A stretch of DNA of 64,000 bases from Ignavibacteriales bacterium (GCA_037441705.1 JBBIRR010000001.1:32001-96000); one strand, 5' to 3'. Shown: positions 49,209 through 59,081, counted from the stretch's first letter. Notes: generated by a model from the letters alone, not told the origin. A program made the numbers and translations.

Positions 49209-49907
49209 TCAGCCCTCCAACACTTCCAGGATACTGCCGAGCAGAACTTCCTGTCCGTTGATCACGAACTTCGTCCCCTCCGTCGTGAAGCGTACCGCCG
49301 AGACGGTTCCGTACATGAACAGAGAGGCGTTGATCGTGTTGTTGTTCGCGTCCTTCGCTTCGACGACAAACGTGTACTTCCCGGCCGGAGCCTCGTTATT
49401 GGGATAAATGTTCGGATCGGTTCGTCCGTCCCACGTGAACGTGTTATCGCCTTTGTTCGTCCCATTCACGTGCAGCGTCCGCACCACGCGGCCCGACTCG
49501 TCCTTGATTTTCACCGTCACCGTAGTTGCCGCCGAGGGAAGTGTGTAGCCGAGCTTGATGTCGCGCGTCCGTTCTTCCGGCGCACGCAGGTTGAACGTGT
49601 CGCTGCTCGCCCGTACTTCCTTTCCCACAAAGCCCGCAGAGAGACCGTTGTTGATTGCCTGCGTGAGCACGTAGTTTGCGTTGATGCTGTCGGTCAGCGA
49701 GCTGCTGATGTTGTTGAGCTGCTCCACCGATGCGAACTGCGCAAGCTGCGATGCAAACTCGGTCCCTTTCAGCGGGTTCATCGGGTCCTGAAACCGCAGT
49801 TGGTTCGTCAGCAGCATCAGGAAGTCATCCTTGCCGAGGAGACCGTTTCCCGTGCGTGCGTTCCTCACTTGCGGCGGACCCAATCCCGTCGCCTGAAAGA
49901 CTGGCAT
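49209..49907 (-). CDS. flgD: Hook capping protein FlgD
   Basis: FLMLLTNQLRFQDPMNP..QLAQFASVEQL; Ig domain FTWDG..GKY. Confidence 0.95.
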   Translation of the reverse strand: MPVFQATGLGPPQVRNARTGNGLLGKDDFLMLLTNQLRFQDPMNPLKGTEFASQLAQFASVEQLNNISSSLTDSINANYVLTQAINNGLSAGFVGKEVRASSDTFNLRAPEERTRDIKLGYTLPSAATTVTVKIKDESGRVVRTLHVNGTNKGDNTFTWDGRTDPNIYPNNEAPAGKYTFVVEAKDANNNTINASLFMYGTVSAVRFTTEGTKFVINGQEVLLGSILEVLEG

Positions 49908-49932
49908 TGTTCCTCCTTTTGTTGATGTTGTG

Positions 49933-51810
49933 TTAGATAATGTATTCCACCGTGTTGTAACCGAGATCCCGCATTGCTGCGTACGTCTCCGTTACATCCA
50001 CGTCCGTTTGGCGTCCCGACTGCGACTGATGCTGGAAGCGCTGCTGCTCGCGGTGCGCATTCCTCTGTTCATCCGCCACCACGTCGAACCGCCGAATCTC
50101 GATGCCCTGCGAGGCAAGCGCCTCGCGCAATTGGGGAAGTTGCGCGTCAAGCGCTGCCTTCACGGCGGGCACACTCACATCCAGGCGCGCGGCAAGCTCG
50201 CCTTCCTGCATGGTCACCTTCAGGGACAACTCTCCGAGATGGTCGGGCTTCAGTCGCACACGCACTTCCGACGTTCTGCCCGCGACATGCAGCCGCAGCT
50301 CATCGGCCACCCTCACAACGAAGTCCCGCGCAAAGCCCTCCGGCAATTCGATCGTCAGGCCTCCAGTTCTTGCCGGAACATCTTTGACACGCGCACCATC
50401 AACCTTCGTACTCGTCAATGGTTGTTGAACGTGCATCACGATCGTCTTCTCCGTTCCCTCCACAGCATGATTCGAGCTTGTAGCCTGTAGGAGTTGTTCT
50501 GCTTGTTCCTTCATCGTTGCTCGATGTATTGACCAATTCGGAACACCTTCTTCAATGGTGTTATCGGCATCGGCAGCCGTCGTATTCTCGTGCGAGCCAT
50601 CAGGCTTACGGTTCATCTCCACAACCACAGGCTCCGGCACATCTCCGGCAGATTGCGCGACGTCAGGTGTACCGTCTGTGTCAGGGAACGGGTTAACTTC
50701 CTGTCTCGTCCGCGTCGGAGGTTCATTCTGCAAAGTGAATATCCGCCCCATGGAAAAGCTCTCAGCTACGGCTTTCAGTGCCACGGTTGTTTCAGCGGGC
50801 GTGAATTCGTGAACGGGCAGGGCACCGCGTGCCGTTAACTTCATCTTACCCCAATCTGCAGGCAATGTCGAGTGTGTGCCCGCTTCAACCTTGTGTGCCT
50901 CTCGAAGCACCTCAGCCGCTTCGGGGCTGCGCTCGCCCCGATCGGCACGCCAGATATCGGCTGGACTTTTTGCCGTTGCAGATGGACGCAGGTCTGCGTG
51001 CCCACTTTGAACTTGTGCCGCTGCGTCTGCTACGTGAAGCGGTTGCGGTTCCGAGTGAGGCTGTCCATCACCACGAACGCGAACAAATTCGCTGGTGGGG
51101 ATTGCTCTATCTTCCTCGCTTAAGTTCGTTGGTATTTGCCTTTGCCTCTGATCTGCCACAGAAGAGACCTCATCATCAACACTCATCGGCGTAGGCACAG
51201 TGATAGGACTGTCTTTCTCCGTCTGCCTTGTTTGTGGAGGTACGCCGGACTTTGAGTTTTCTGATACGCTCTCCCGGCTTATAGGAATATTCTCCGCCAC
51301 ACGATCATCGAGCGAAGAAAGAGATGGCGGAGCGTCGCCGCTGTCGTGACGTGTTCGATCAACCGGCTCGACATACTGCACCGATTCTTTCGGCGCTGTT
51401 GCAGCCTCGGTCGGCTGATTGTCGAACCTCTGGCGCTCTGCCCATTGAGAAGGCAACAGCTCCGTCATCACTTGTTCACCCTGTGCCGGAACAGGAAGCG
51501 GAGGTGAAAGAAGAATCCGTGAGGATGAGTCAGTCGCTCTCGGTGATGCCTTCACGAACGTTTCCACCTTGACAGGCACGGGAAGTACATGGCCCGGCGT
51601 TGTGTTTTGTTCCTGTTCGGAAGACGCGAGAGTACCTTCAGGTTTTTGCACTGACGGATGGACGATGCCGCCGAACAACTGCAAAAGCAGAGAAAGGAAA
51701 CTCGCTCGTTTTTCGTTGGCCTCCTTGGGAGACTGCTGTTCATCACTGCCGGCCGGTTGGGACGGAATCGCCGGTTTGCCTGTGAGAAGTTGCTCGACCA
51801 AGCCAATCAT
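49933..51810 (-). CDS. fliK: Hook-length control protein FliK
   Basis: Long P/S/T/E-rich disordered region; C-terminal VRLKPDHLGEL..LPQLREALASQGI. Confidence 0.9.
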   Translation of the reverse strand: MIGLVEQLLTGKPAIPSQPAGSDEQQSPKEANEKRASFLSLLLQLFGGIVHPSVQKPEGTLASSEQEQNTTPGHVLPVPVKVETFVKASPRATDSSSRILLSPPLPVPAQGEQVMTELLPSQWAERQRFDNQPTEAATAPKESVQYVEPVDRTRHDSGDAPPSLSSLDDRVAENIPISRESVSENSKSGVPPQTRQTEKDSPITVPTPMSVDDEVSSVADQRQRQIPTNLSEEDRAIPTSEFVRVRGDGQPHSEPQPLHVADAAAQVQSGHADLRPSATAKSPADIWRADRGERSPEAAEVLREAHKVEAGTHSTLPADWGKMKLTARGALPVHEFTPAETTVALKAVAESFSMGRIFTLQNEPPTRTRQEVNPFPDTDGTPDVAQSAGDVPEPVVVEMNRKPDGSHENTTAADADNTIEEGVPNWSIHRATMKEQAEQLLQATSSNHAVEGTEKTIVMHVQQPLTSTKVDGARVKDVPARTGGLTIELPEGFARDFVVRVADELRLHVAGRTSEVRVRLKPDHLGELSLKVTMQEGELAARLDVSVPAVKAALDAQLPQLREALASQGIEIRRFDVVADEQRNAHREQQRFQHQSQSGRQTDVDVTETYAAMRDLGYNTVEYII

Positions 51811-52400
51811 AGTTCACCTTTCACCTTGAGTATGCGTGCGGCCTGTTGTGGATCGAGGGCGGCAAGGATTTTGGCGCTCTGCCTTTTTTTCATCGCGGTC
51901 AGAACCTGTTTCACCGCCCGATCGTCCATGTTATTGAGAATCCGCGCTGCACTTGCGGGATCCATTGCCTCGAATATCTGTGCCATTGCTTTCGCCTCCG
52001 CCTCGGAGAGCGAGTCCGCGATTGGAGATGCGCGTTTGCCGAACCGTTCCTGGAGTTGCGCAACTGTTTGCACCAATGCCTTGATCGAATCCTGTGCCGC
52101 CGCCTGCGAGCGTTCGTTCTGCGCGGGCAGAGATTGGAGTTTCTGCGGCGTTGTCGTGCTCGTGTCTGCCTTCCGTGGTTCGCTCTGCAATGCCTGAAGA
52201 CCGTGCTCGTGCGGTGTGTGAGTCGAATCCATCAGCACCCCGGCGGAGTCGGCTGGTAGCACAGCAGAGCCGGGCAAGACGTCTGCGGGAACGATGCCCG
52301 GCATGAGCAAAAACACCTGAGGCCACACAAAAGCGAGGAGGGTCATGATAGCCGTCAGCGAAACAAATGATGAAATGAGCATGGCGACGAGCGATTTCAT
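51807..52400 (-). CDS. MotE/FlbB/YlxF-like protein (MgtE-N fold)
   Basis: N-terminal TM, coiled coil, IFEAMDPASAARIL..MKKRQSAKILAALDPQQAA; between fliJ and fliK. Confidence 0.82.
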   Translation of the reverse strand: MKSLVAMLISSFVSLTAIMTLLAFVWPQVFLLMPGIVPADVLPGSAVLPADSAGVLMDSTHTPHEHGLQALQSEPRKADTSTTTPQKLQSLPAQNERSQAAAQDSIKALVQTVAQLQERFGKRASPIADSLSEAEAKAMAQIFEAMDPASAARILNNMDDRAVKQVLTAMKKRQSAKILAALDPQQAARILKVKGEL

Positions 52401-52843
52401 GGTCTTCCTTCCTTCGTTTTCGTCGTTCGTTGTGCCAGTTCATCCATGATGTACTGCTCCTTGCGATCAAGCTCGCGCAGCGTTTCTTCCTTCCTTTTTT
52501 CTTCGAGTTTCTCCACCATCTGGCGTGCCTGTGCACGCTTGGTGAGTTCCTCGCGCGTTGCGTCTTCACGCTCTTTCATTTCATTCACTTTCGTTTCCTG
52601 GCGATGGATCTGGCGTGTCAGGTGAAAGATGAACGCACGATGAGTCTGCAGGTCGGTGGCTTTTGCCCGGCCTGTACTGTAGGATTCTTGTACCGCCTCT
52701 TCGCGCGCTTCCTGAAGGCGATCGAGCAATTCCTTTTCTTGCTGATGCGATTGTTCGATCTGGCGAAGCTGCTGCTGCGTGAGCTTTTCCTGATGCTTCT
52801 TCACACGCAGCACGGTTGAGAAACGTGATTTCGGTTTTGTCAT
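52397..52843 (-). CDS. fliJ: Flagellar export protein FliJ
   Basis: Coiled coil ending EKLEEKR..EQYIMDELA; directly after fliI. Confidence 0.85.
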   Translation of the reverse strand: MTKPKSRFSTVLRVKKHQEKLTQQQLRQIEQSHQQEKELLDRLQEAREEAVQESYSTGRAKATDLQTHRAFIFHLTRQIHRQETKVNEMKEREDATREELTKRAQARQMVEKLEEKRKEETLRELDRKEQYIMDELAQRTTKTKEGRP

Positions 52844-52855
52844 GATCGAATCGTG

Positions 52856-54202
52856 TTACGCTTTCATCATGTCAATCAACAGGGCAACACTCGTTTCAAA
52901 CTCTTCATGCTCATCCGCTTGCTGGCGGAGAAATGCGCGAATGATTTCACGCATCTTCAGTGCCTCATCGATCTTGGGATTGCTGCCGCGGACGTACGCG
53001 CCGATGTTGATCAGGTCTTCTGCTTCACGATACGTTGCAAGAAGGTCCAACAGGCGTGCTGCCGCCGCGCGGTGTTCGGGAGTCGTAACCGCCGGCATCA
53101 CGCGGCTGACGCTTTCAAGCACGTCCACCGCCGGGTAGTGGCCTGCCGATGCAAGGCTCCGCGAGAGCACGATATGGCCATCAAGAATCGAGCGTGCCGT
53201 ATCGGCAACAGGTTCGTTCATGTCGTCGCCCTCCACGAGCACGGTGTACAACCCGGTAATGCTGCCCTTCTTGCTGTTTCCTGCGCGCTCTAACAATCTT
53301 GGCAGCATGGCAAACACGGACGGCGTGTAGCCCTTCGTCGTCGGCGGTTCGCCGATGGCAAGTCCCACCTCGCGCTGTGCCATCGCCAGTCGTGTGAGAG
53401 AATCCATCATCAGAATCACATTCAGTCCCTGATCACGGAAGTATTCCGCAATCGTGGTGGCCAGGAACGCTGCCTTGATCCGAATGAGCGCGGCCTGGTC
53501 GCTTGTGGCCACAACCACGACGGAGCGTCGCAAGCCTTCTTCACCCAACTCCTTATCGAGAAACTCGCCGACCTCGCGCCCTCGTTCGCCGACAAGACAG
53601 ATGACGTTCACATCCGAGCTTGCGTAGCGCGCAATCATCCCGAGCAATACGCTTTTGCCGACCCCGCTGCCTGCGAAGATGCCGACGCGCTGGCCAACGC
53701 CGCACGTCTTGAGCGTGTCGATGGAGCGAATGCCCGTCGCAATGGGCTTGCTGATGCGTTTGCGCTCCAAGGGATTCGGCGGAGCCGCATCGATGGATCT
53801 CTTCTCAAACGCTTCGATAGGCCCTTTTCCGTCGAGCGGGCGCCCGAGGCCATCCAGCACGCGACCAAGCAGCGCATTGCCGACGCGTACCGACAGGGCA
53901 TGCCCTGTTGCAACAATCTCGCTGCCGGGGCTGACGCGGCCGGCGTCGCCCAGCACCATCGAGAGCACCCTGTTCCCGCGGAAGCCCACCACTTCCGCGG
54001 TGCACAGGTCTTCCCCGTTGCGCGCCTTCACCTTACACACTTCCCCTAAGAAACAATTTGGCCCGGTGGATTCGATCACCAATCCGATCACCTGCGACAC
54101 CCGGCCGTTCACCTTCAGGAGATCGGCATGATGAAGCCGCGCGTAATAGGCCGCAAACGGATGCTCGGCCTCCGGGGCCGCTGTCGGTTCGGCATTCATC
54201 AC
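52856..54202 (-). CDS. fliI: Flagellar export ATPase FliI
   Basis: FAGSGVGKS, VGERGREV, MDSLTRLAMAQRE, EPPTTKGY, ILDGHIVLSR. Confidence 0.97.
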   Translation of the reverse strand: MMNAEPTAAPEAEHPFAAYYARLHHADLLKVNGRVSQVIGLVIESTGPNCFLGEVCKVKARNGEDLCTAEVVGFRGNRVLSMVLGDAGRVSPGSEIVATGHALSVRVGNALLGRVLDGLGRPLDGKGPIEAFEKRSIDAAPPNPLERKRISKPIATGIRSIDTLKTCGVGQRVGIFAGSGVGKSVLLGMIARYASSDVNVICLVGERGREVGEFLDKELGEEGLRRSVVVVATSDQAALIRIKAAFLATTIAEYFRDQGLNVILMMDSLTRLAMAQREVGLAIGEPPTTKGYTPSVFAMLPRLLERAGNSKKGSITGLYTVLVEGDDMNEPVADTARSILDGHIVLSRSLASAGHYPAVDVLESVSRVMPAVTTPEHRAAAARLLDLLATYREAEDLINIGAYVRGSNPKIDEALKMREIIRAFLRQQADEHEEFETSVALLIDMMKA

Positions 54203-54927
54203 CGTGTTTCCTGATCGTTGAACAGCGCAGCTTCGATCCGCTCGAGCTGCGTCGTGATGCTTGCATCCACATTGCCTGCGTCGCTTTCCAACACGCAGCT
54301 GCCGCGTTCGATCTTTTCGTCTGCTTCCAGGGTCAGCTCACGGACGGCATCGGCGCTCGTGAGGAGTTCCGCACGATGCGCCCGGACGAACTCTTCATCC
54401 TGCGGGTTGATGCGAATCCGAATCCGATCCACACCCACAACGCGCTTCATCGCTTCGTGAATTTGCCGCAGCACAACCTCATGGTCGAGAGCGATCGTCC
54501 GCTTCACAATACGTTCGGCAACGGCAACCGCCAGTCGCACGACATGACGTTCGGCGGCCGCCTGAAATTCCTTATACTGTCGCGCGATGCTTTCCAGAAG
54601 CGCATCTGCTGCGGCCTGCATCTCCGCATGCTTCTTCTGATACTCGTCGCGGATGGTTCGCTCGGCATGACGTCGCCCTTCATCGAACCCGGCTTTGAAC
54701 TCCTCACGCAGTCGCTCTTCCACATCATGGCGCGGCGCGGCCTCCTGCGATCGCTCCTCGTGCCGCCTGGCCAGCGCTTCCTCCGATGCCTCATGGTCTT
54801 CGAAGACCGGGAGGGGCATCGTTCGCCGCGTCGCGCTTCGGGGCTGGAGAATGCGGACGTTTCCCACGGGCGTATGTATTTTTACCGTTCTAGACAACAA
54901 GTTCCTCCGTTCCGCCGGGACCGACAA
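54199..54927 (-). CDS. fliH: Flagellar assembly protein FliH
   Basis: AGFDEGR, VAERIV, IRINPQD, ERGSCVLESDAGNVDASI. Confidence 0.9.
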   Translation of the reverse strand: MSVPAERRNLLSRTVKIHTPVGNVRILQPRSATRRTMPLPVFEDHEASEEALARRHEERSQEAAPRHDVEERLREEFKAGFDEGRRHAERTIRDEYQKKHAEMQAAADALLESIARQYKEFQAAAERHVVRLAVAVAERIVKRTIALDHEVVLRQIHEAMKRVVGVDRIRIRINPQDEEFVRAHRAELLTSADAVRELTLEADEKIERGSCVLESDAGNVDASITTQLERIEAALFNDQETR

Positions 54928-55936
54928 TGATAATCTCTCCTGCCTCCTCTAACTGCTTCACGATCGCAACAATGCGTGCCTGAGCGGCCTCCACTTCCTT
55001 CAGACGTACCGGGCCCATGTATTCCAACTCCTCTTTGAGAAGGTCGCGTGCACGCTCCGACATGTTCGCCAGAATCTTCGCTTTGAGCTTCTCATCAACC
55101 ACTTTCAGTGCAAGCGCCAGGTCTTTCTTATCCACCTCACGCAGCATCCGCTGGATGCCGCGATCATCAACGTACACGATGTCATCGAACATGAACATGA
55201 GGTTCTTGATTTCCTGCGCGAGCTGCGGCTCTCGTTTTTCCAGATGCTCCATAATCTCCTTTGCCGCATCGCCGCCGACGCGGTTAAGGATGGTGGCAAC
55301 GGACTTCGGCCCGCCGGTTTCGCTCATCCCTAACGCCATCTCCGATTGGGCAACGGTTTCTAACGCCTCCTCCATCTCTGCGATCAATGCCGGTGAAACT
55401 TTGCCGAGCGTGGCCATCCTGTAGATGACATCGTTGCGGAGTTCCGGCGAAAACTCCGAAAGAATCTCCGCCACCTGTTCCGTCCGCAAGTTCGAGAGGA
55501 TCAAGGCGATTGTTTGAGGATGCTCCTTCTGTACGAAACTGGCAATCTGATACGCATCAACTTTTTTCAGGTTGTTGAAGCCGCGGACGTTCGTCACGCC
55601 GCGTACGCGTTCGAGGATGATCGCGGCACGTTCCGGACCGAGCGATTTTTCTAACAGCGCCTGCGCCTGTTCCGTACCGCCCTCAATCAGAAACTCCTGC
55701 GCCGTAATCAGCTGCTGAAACTCTTCGATGACTTTCTCGGTCACGGCAGCAGGAACGCTTTTCAGCCGCGTGATTTCCACGGTGAGATCTTCGATTTCCT
55801 GCTGGGAGAGCGCGCGCATCAACGCGGTTGCTGTGGGAAGATCCAGCGACAGCACCAACAACGCCGCCTTCTGCTTGTTGGTAAGATTGGCCGATGTGTT
55901 TCCTGTGACCATGTGATGTTCGTTCGCTTTCGTCAT
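54890..55936 (-). CDS. fliG: Motor switch protein FliG
   Basis: QKAALL, EHPQTIALIL, MFMFDD, NMSERA, GPVRLKEVEAAQ; start uncertain. Confidence 0.96.
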   Translation of the reverse strand: MTKANEHHMVTGNTSANLTNKQKAALLVLSLDLPTATALMRALSQQEIEDLTVEITRLKSVPAAVTEKVIEEFQQLITAQEFLIEGGTEQAQALLEKSLGPERAAIILERVRGVTNVRGFNNLKKVDAYQIASFVQKEHPQTIALILSNLRTEQVAEILSEFSPELRNDVIYRMATLGKVSPALIAEMEEALETVAQSEMALGMSETGGPKSVATILNRVGGDAAKEIMEHLEKREPQLAQEIKNLMFMFDDIVYVDDRGIQRMLREVDKKDLALALKVVDEKLKAKILANMSERARDLLKEELEYMGPVRLKEVEAAQARIVAIVKQLEEAGEIIIVGPGGTEELVV

Positions 55937-55955
55937 GCTCGCACCGAGACCCCGA

Positions 55956-57518
55956 TCAGACATCGGCAAGCCACACCTTCAGCAAACGACCGGCATCCTT
56001 CGGTCGCTGCTCAATGTATGTTGTGACCGCCCTGGTCTTCGCCTCACGCGTGCGTGCTTCATCCGACATCATGTCCGAAGGTGTGGACAACACCTTTCGT
56101 TCCTGTTGAGGGCCGAGCGCACCAACCACGGTGCTTATCTCTCTCCCCAAGCGCTCCTCGACCACGAGGGGACCCCTGAACCTGCTTAACAAGCGCCAGA
56201 GCACAAACGCGGCGCCGCCCATTGCAACGAGGAGGAAAATCTTGCCGTAGATTTTATTTTCAAAAATCTCCTGCCATGAGGTCCCCGGCTGGTCTTTGTA
56301 CAGGAAGCCTTCCGGCTCGAGATTCGTGCCGAACGGGAGGTTGACCACGGAGACCTCGTCGTTGCGTGTGGAATCGTATCCAACAGCCCGCTTCACAATC
56401 TCCCGAAGCTGTTCCATTTCTTCGGGCTTCCGGGACTGGTACTCGGTCACCGTTTGGCCATCGCGCTCCTGAGAAACCGGAATGCTGTTGACCACCGCGG
56501 CGACAGAAAGTCGCTTGATGCCTCCGACGTTCTCGATGATGTGCTCGAGGGTCTTGTTGATCTCATAATTCGTAACGGTGTTGCTCCGCGTTGACGGCTG
56601 GCTGGAGTCCTTCGTGACGTTCTTCTCTTCGGTGATTTGCTCGCTCCGCACAACCGTTCTGTCCGGATCGTACTGTTCCAGCGTACGCTCAACCTGTCGA
56701 AAATCTAGCTCGGCAGTTACCTGCACGCGGGCGTTGCCGATACCCACAACACCTTCCAGCATGCTCTGCGCTTTTTGTATCAGGTAGGACTCGACCTTTT
56801 GCTGTAGCTCGTATTGTGCGCCCGTCTTTGCGGTGAGGGAATGCGATTTTTCGCTGTCGGAAAGAAGCGTGCCCCGTGAGTCAATAACGGTCACGTTGCC
56901 CGGCTCCAATCCCTCCACGCTGCTGGCTACCAGATGAATGATGCCCTGAAGCGACTCCTGTCGGAGAGGTTTGCCGGATTTGAGTTTCAAAACGACTGAA
57001 GCGGTCGTCGGCTTTGCATCCTCTCGAAACAATGTTTTTTCCGGCACCACAATGTGAACGCGAGCAGCCTCCACTTCGTCAATGCCCAGGATCGTTCGGG
57101 CAAGCTCTCCCTCCATCGCCCGGCGATAGTTCACCTTCTGCACAAAGTCCGACATGCCGAGATTCGTGCGGTCGAAGATCTCATATCCGATGATGCTGGA
57201 TTGAGGCAGACCTTCGCCGGCGAGCGCGAGCCGTACGTCGTAGATTTTTTCCTTCGGAATCAAGATTGTTTTGCCCGCGTCTTCAAGCTGGTAGGGCAGC
57301 TTCCTTTCCTGGAGCTTCTCGACGATTTTGGCAGCATCCTGCGGCGCGAGATTGCTGAAAAGGATGCCGTAGGTCGGCTTGTTGGCGATGGTTACCAACA
57401 CAACGATCGCCGCCACTGCGCCAAGCGCCACCGCGCCGAGCGCTACACGCTGACCGAAAGAAAGGCGCCGAAGAAGATCGATGAATTGCGTGCGAACCTG
57501 CTTCTGGAATTCCGCCAT
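55956..57518 (-). CDS. fliF: MS-ring protein FliF
   Basis: GYEIFD, RAMEGELARTI, ARVHIV, TASVVL, NYEINK, IKRLSVA. Confidence 0.96.
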   Translation of the reverse strand: MAEFQKQVRTQFIDLLRRLSFGQRVALGAVALGAVAAIVVLVTIANKPTYGILFSNLAPQDAAKIVEKLQERKLPYQLEDAGKTILIPKEKIYDVRLALAGEGLPQSSIIGYEIFDRTNLGMSDFVQKVNYRRAMEGELARTILGIDEVEAARVHIVVPEKTLFREDAKPTTASVVLKLKSGKPLRQESLQGIIHLVASSVEGLEPGNVTVIDSRGTLLSDSEKSHSLTAKTGAQYELQQKVESYLIQKAQSMLEGVVGIGNARVQVTAELDFRQVERTLEQYDPDRTVVRSEQITEEKNVTKDSSQPSTRSNTVTNYEINKTLEHIIENVGGIKRLSVAAVVNSIPVSQERDGQTVTEYQSRKPEEMEQLREIVKRAVGYDSTRNDEVSVVNLPFGTNLEPEGFLYKDQPGTSWQEIFENKIYGKIFLLVAMGGAAFVLWRLLSRFRGPLVVEERLGREISTVVGALGPQQERKVLSTPSDMMSDEARTREAKTRAVTTYIEQRPKDAGRLLKVWLADV

Positions 57519-57519
57519 G

Positions 57520-57816
57520 TCACACCTGCATCCTCATGATCTCCTTGTAGGCATCGATGGTTTTGTTGCGGATTTCCATGAGCAATTCGAAACTGGTCTT
57601 TGCCTTTTCGACCGCAATCATCACCTCGTGCATGTCGGTGGCTTCGCCGCTCACCATTCGCTCGATGGCCTTGCCCGCTTCGCCCTGAAGCGCGTTCACG
57701 TCCCGTACGGCCTGGCTGAGCGTTTCACTGAACGAGGTGTTCGTTTCCTTCAAAAATTTGTCGATCGCCCGACGGTTTGATCCCGAAAGCTCGGGCATGA
57801 GATGAAGTTCTTGCAT
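57520..57816 (-). CDS. fliE: Hook-basal body protein FliE
   Basis: HEVMIAVEKA..EIRNKTIDAYKEIMRMQV. Confidence 0.95.
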   Translation of the reverse strand: MQELHLMPELSGSNRRAIDKFLKETNTSFSETLSQAVRDVNALQGEAGKAIERMVSGEATDMHEVMIAVEKAKTSFELLMEIRNKTIDAYKEIMRMQV

Positions 57817-57820
57817 CGCG

Positions 57821-58093
57821 TTATCCTTTCCGATCCAGAATCGATCCCACCTTCACTGCTTCCCGCTGCCCGTCCCGTTGGTACGGCGTGTACGAGCGCA
57901 GCGCCTCCGCCGATGCCGGATAGAGTTGCACGAAAAACTCCTTCTCCGACGACGTGAGCACTGCTTGTTGTTCGTCGGTGGGTTTCGTTGTGCTTTGGGT
58001 AAGATGGTCAGCAAAGGGCCTCTCCGCCGCCGGCGCAGCCGATCGCTGCGGCACTTGCGGGGGAGGAGGAGTATGTATGCGATTCACAGTCAT
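57821..58093 (-). CDS. Hypothetical 90-aa protein inside the flgC-fliE junction
   Basis: Fills the gap with 2-4 nt spacing to its neighbours; Pro/Ala-rich N-terminus, C-terminal GSILDRKG. Confidence 0.7.
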   Translation of the reverse strand: MTVNRIHTPPPPQVPQRSAAPAAERPFADHLTQSTTKPTDEQQAVLTSSEKEFFVQLYPASAEALRSYTPYQRDGQREAVKVGSILDRKG

Positions 58094-58095
58094 TG

Positions 58096-58596
58096 TCAGA
58101 TCTCCAGAGTATCCTTGGCCATAGCTTTTTGCGCGTTCAGTACCGTGATGTTCGCTTCGTACGCGCGCGAAGCGGACATCATATCCACCATCTCGGTTAC
58201 AATGTTCACATTGGGCAGCTTCACATAGCCGTTCTCGTCCGCATCAGGATGAGTGGGATCGTGAACAAGCTTGAAATCGGATGGGTCTTCCGTCTCCTGT
58301 GCTTCGACACTTCCCGGCAGTGTTTGCACGTCGCGAAAGGTCGCCTCAGCGCCCGCAAAATGCCCCGGCTGCGTGGCGTCCATACGAATGCCGGATGAAT
58401 GAGCGATGGCTGTCTCGAACGTTTGCGCCTCACCCGACTGCATGCTGACTACCTTGCGCCGGTACGGCGTTCCGTCTTCTGTGCGCGTGGTTTCGGCGTT
58501 GGCAATGTTGTTGGCAATCGCATTCATCCGCTTGCGCTGGGCGCTCATTCCCAACGCGCTGATGGTCAGCCCTGCAAACAGCTTCTCGATCCTCAT
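58096..58596 (-). CDS. flgC: Rod protein FlgC
   Basis: ANNIANAETTR..PYRRK, DPTHPDA..GYVKLPNVNIVTEMVDMMSASRAYEAN. Confidence 0.96.
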   Translation of the reverse strand: MRIEKLFAGLTISALGMSAQRKRMNAIANNIANAETTRTEDGTPYRRKVVSMQSGEAQTFETAIAHSSGIRMDATQPGHFAGAEATFRDVQTLPGSVEAQETEDPSDFKLVHDPTHPDADENGYVKLPNVNIVTEMVDMMSASRAYEANITVLNAQKAMAKDTLEI

Positions 58597-59021
58597 AGCG
58601 TCCCTCGTATCGCCTTTTGAAGTCCTTTGAACGTATCCCCTAACATGCGCGAGCTAAACTTGAATTGGATTTGATTTTTCACAAGCTCTGCCATCTCATG
58701 GTCAATGTCCACGTCGTTGAACCCGCTCGCCGTTTCGTTGTACCCCGGAGGCGGATCGTCGGCCGTGGGATGGACTGCTGGCTGTGTGCTGTCGAGAGTG
58801 CTTGAGCCGCCCAGCGGAAGATGGTGAGCATTCGTTTGCGCCACTTTCACCTGCAATCCTTGTTGTGCCTGAGTCAGTTGCTCTTCAAACGAGACGCGCT
58901 GGCTTTTGTAGCCCGGGGTCGTAACGTTCGCGATGTTGGCGGCTGTAACCTTCTGTCGGAGCGCGTACGCATCGAGCGCCTTGCTCAAGAGAGGGATTTT
59001 CGTTGCGTCAAACAGCCTCAT
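58593..59021 (-). CDS. flgB: Rod protein FlgB
   Basis: RQKVTAANIANVTTPGYK, NDVDIDHEMA..NQIQF; start at MRLFD. Confidence 0.95.
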   Translation of the reverse strand: MRLFDATKIPLLSKALDAYALRQKVTAANIANVTTPGYKSQRVSFEEQLTQAQQGLQVKVAQTNAHHLPLGGSSTLDSTQPAVHPTADDPPPGYNETASGFNDVDIDHEMAELVKNQIQFKFSSRMLGDTFKGLQKAIRGTL

Positions 59022-59064
59022 GTCTTTGATCCTTCCCGAATGTCCATTCTGCGCGTGTTGACGG

Positions 59065-59081
59065 TGCAACCGAAGTGCCAA
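59065..59081 (-). promoter_or_regulatory. Sigma54 (-24/-12) promoter of the flagellar operon
   Basis: Minus strand TTGGCAC-TTCGG-TTGCA, a perfect consensus ~45 nt upstream of flgB. Confidence 0.85.

Noticed and set aside
57821-58093. Possible flgM
   Set aside because: Lacks the FlgM C-terminal pattern (K..I..G.Y.V...IA); kept as hypothetical.
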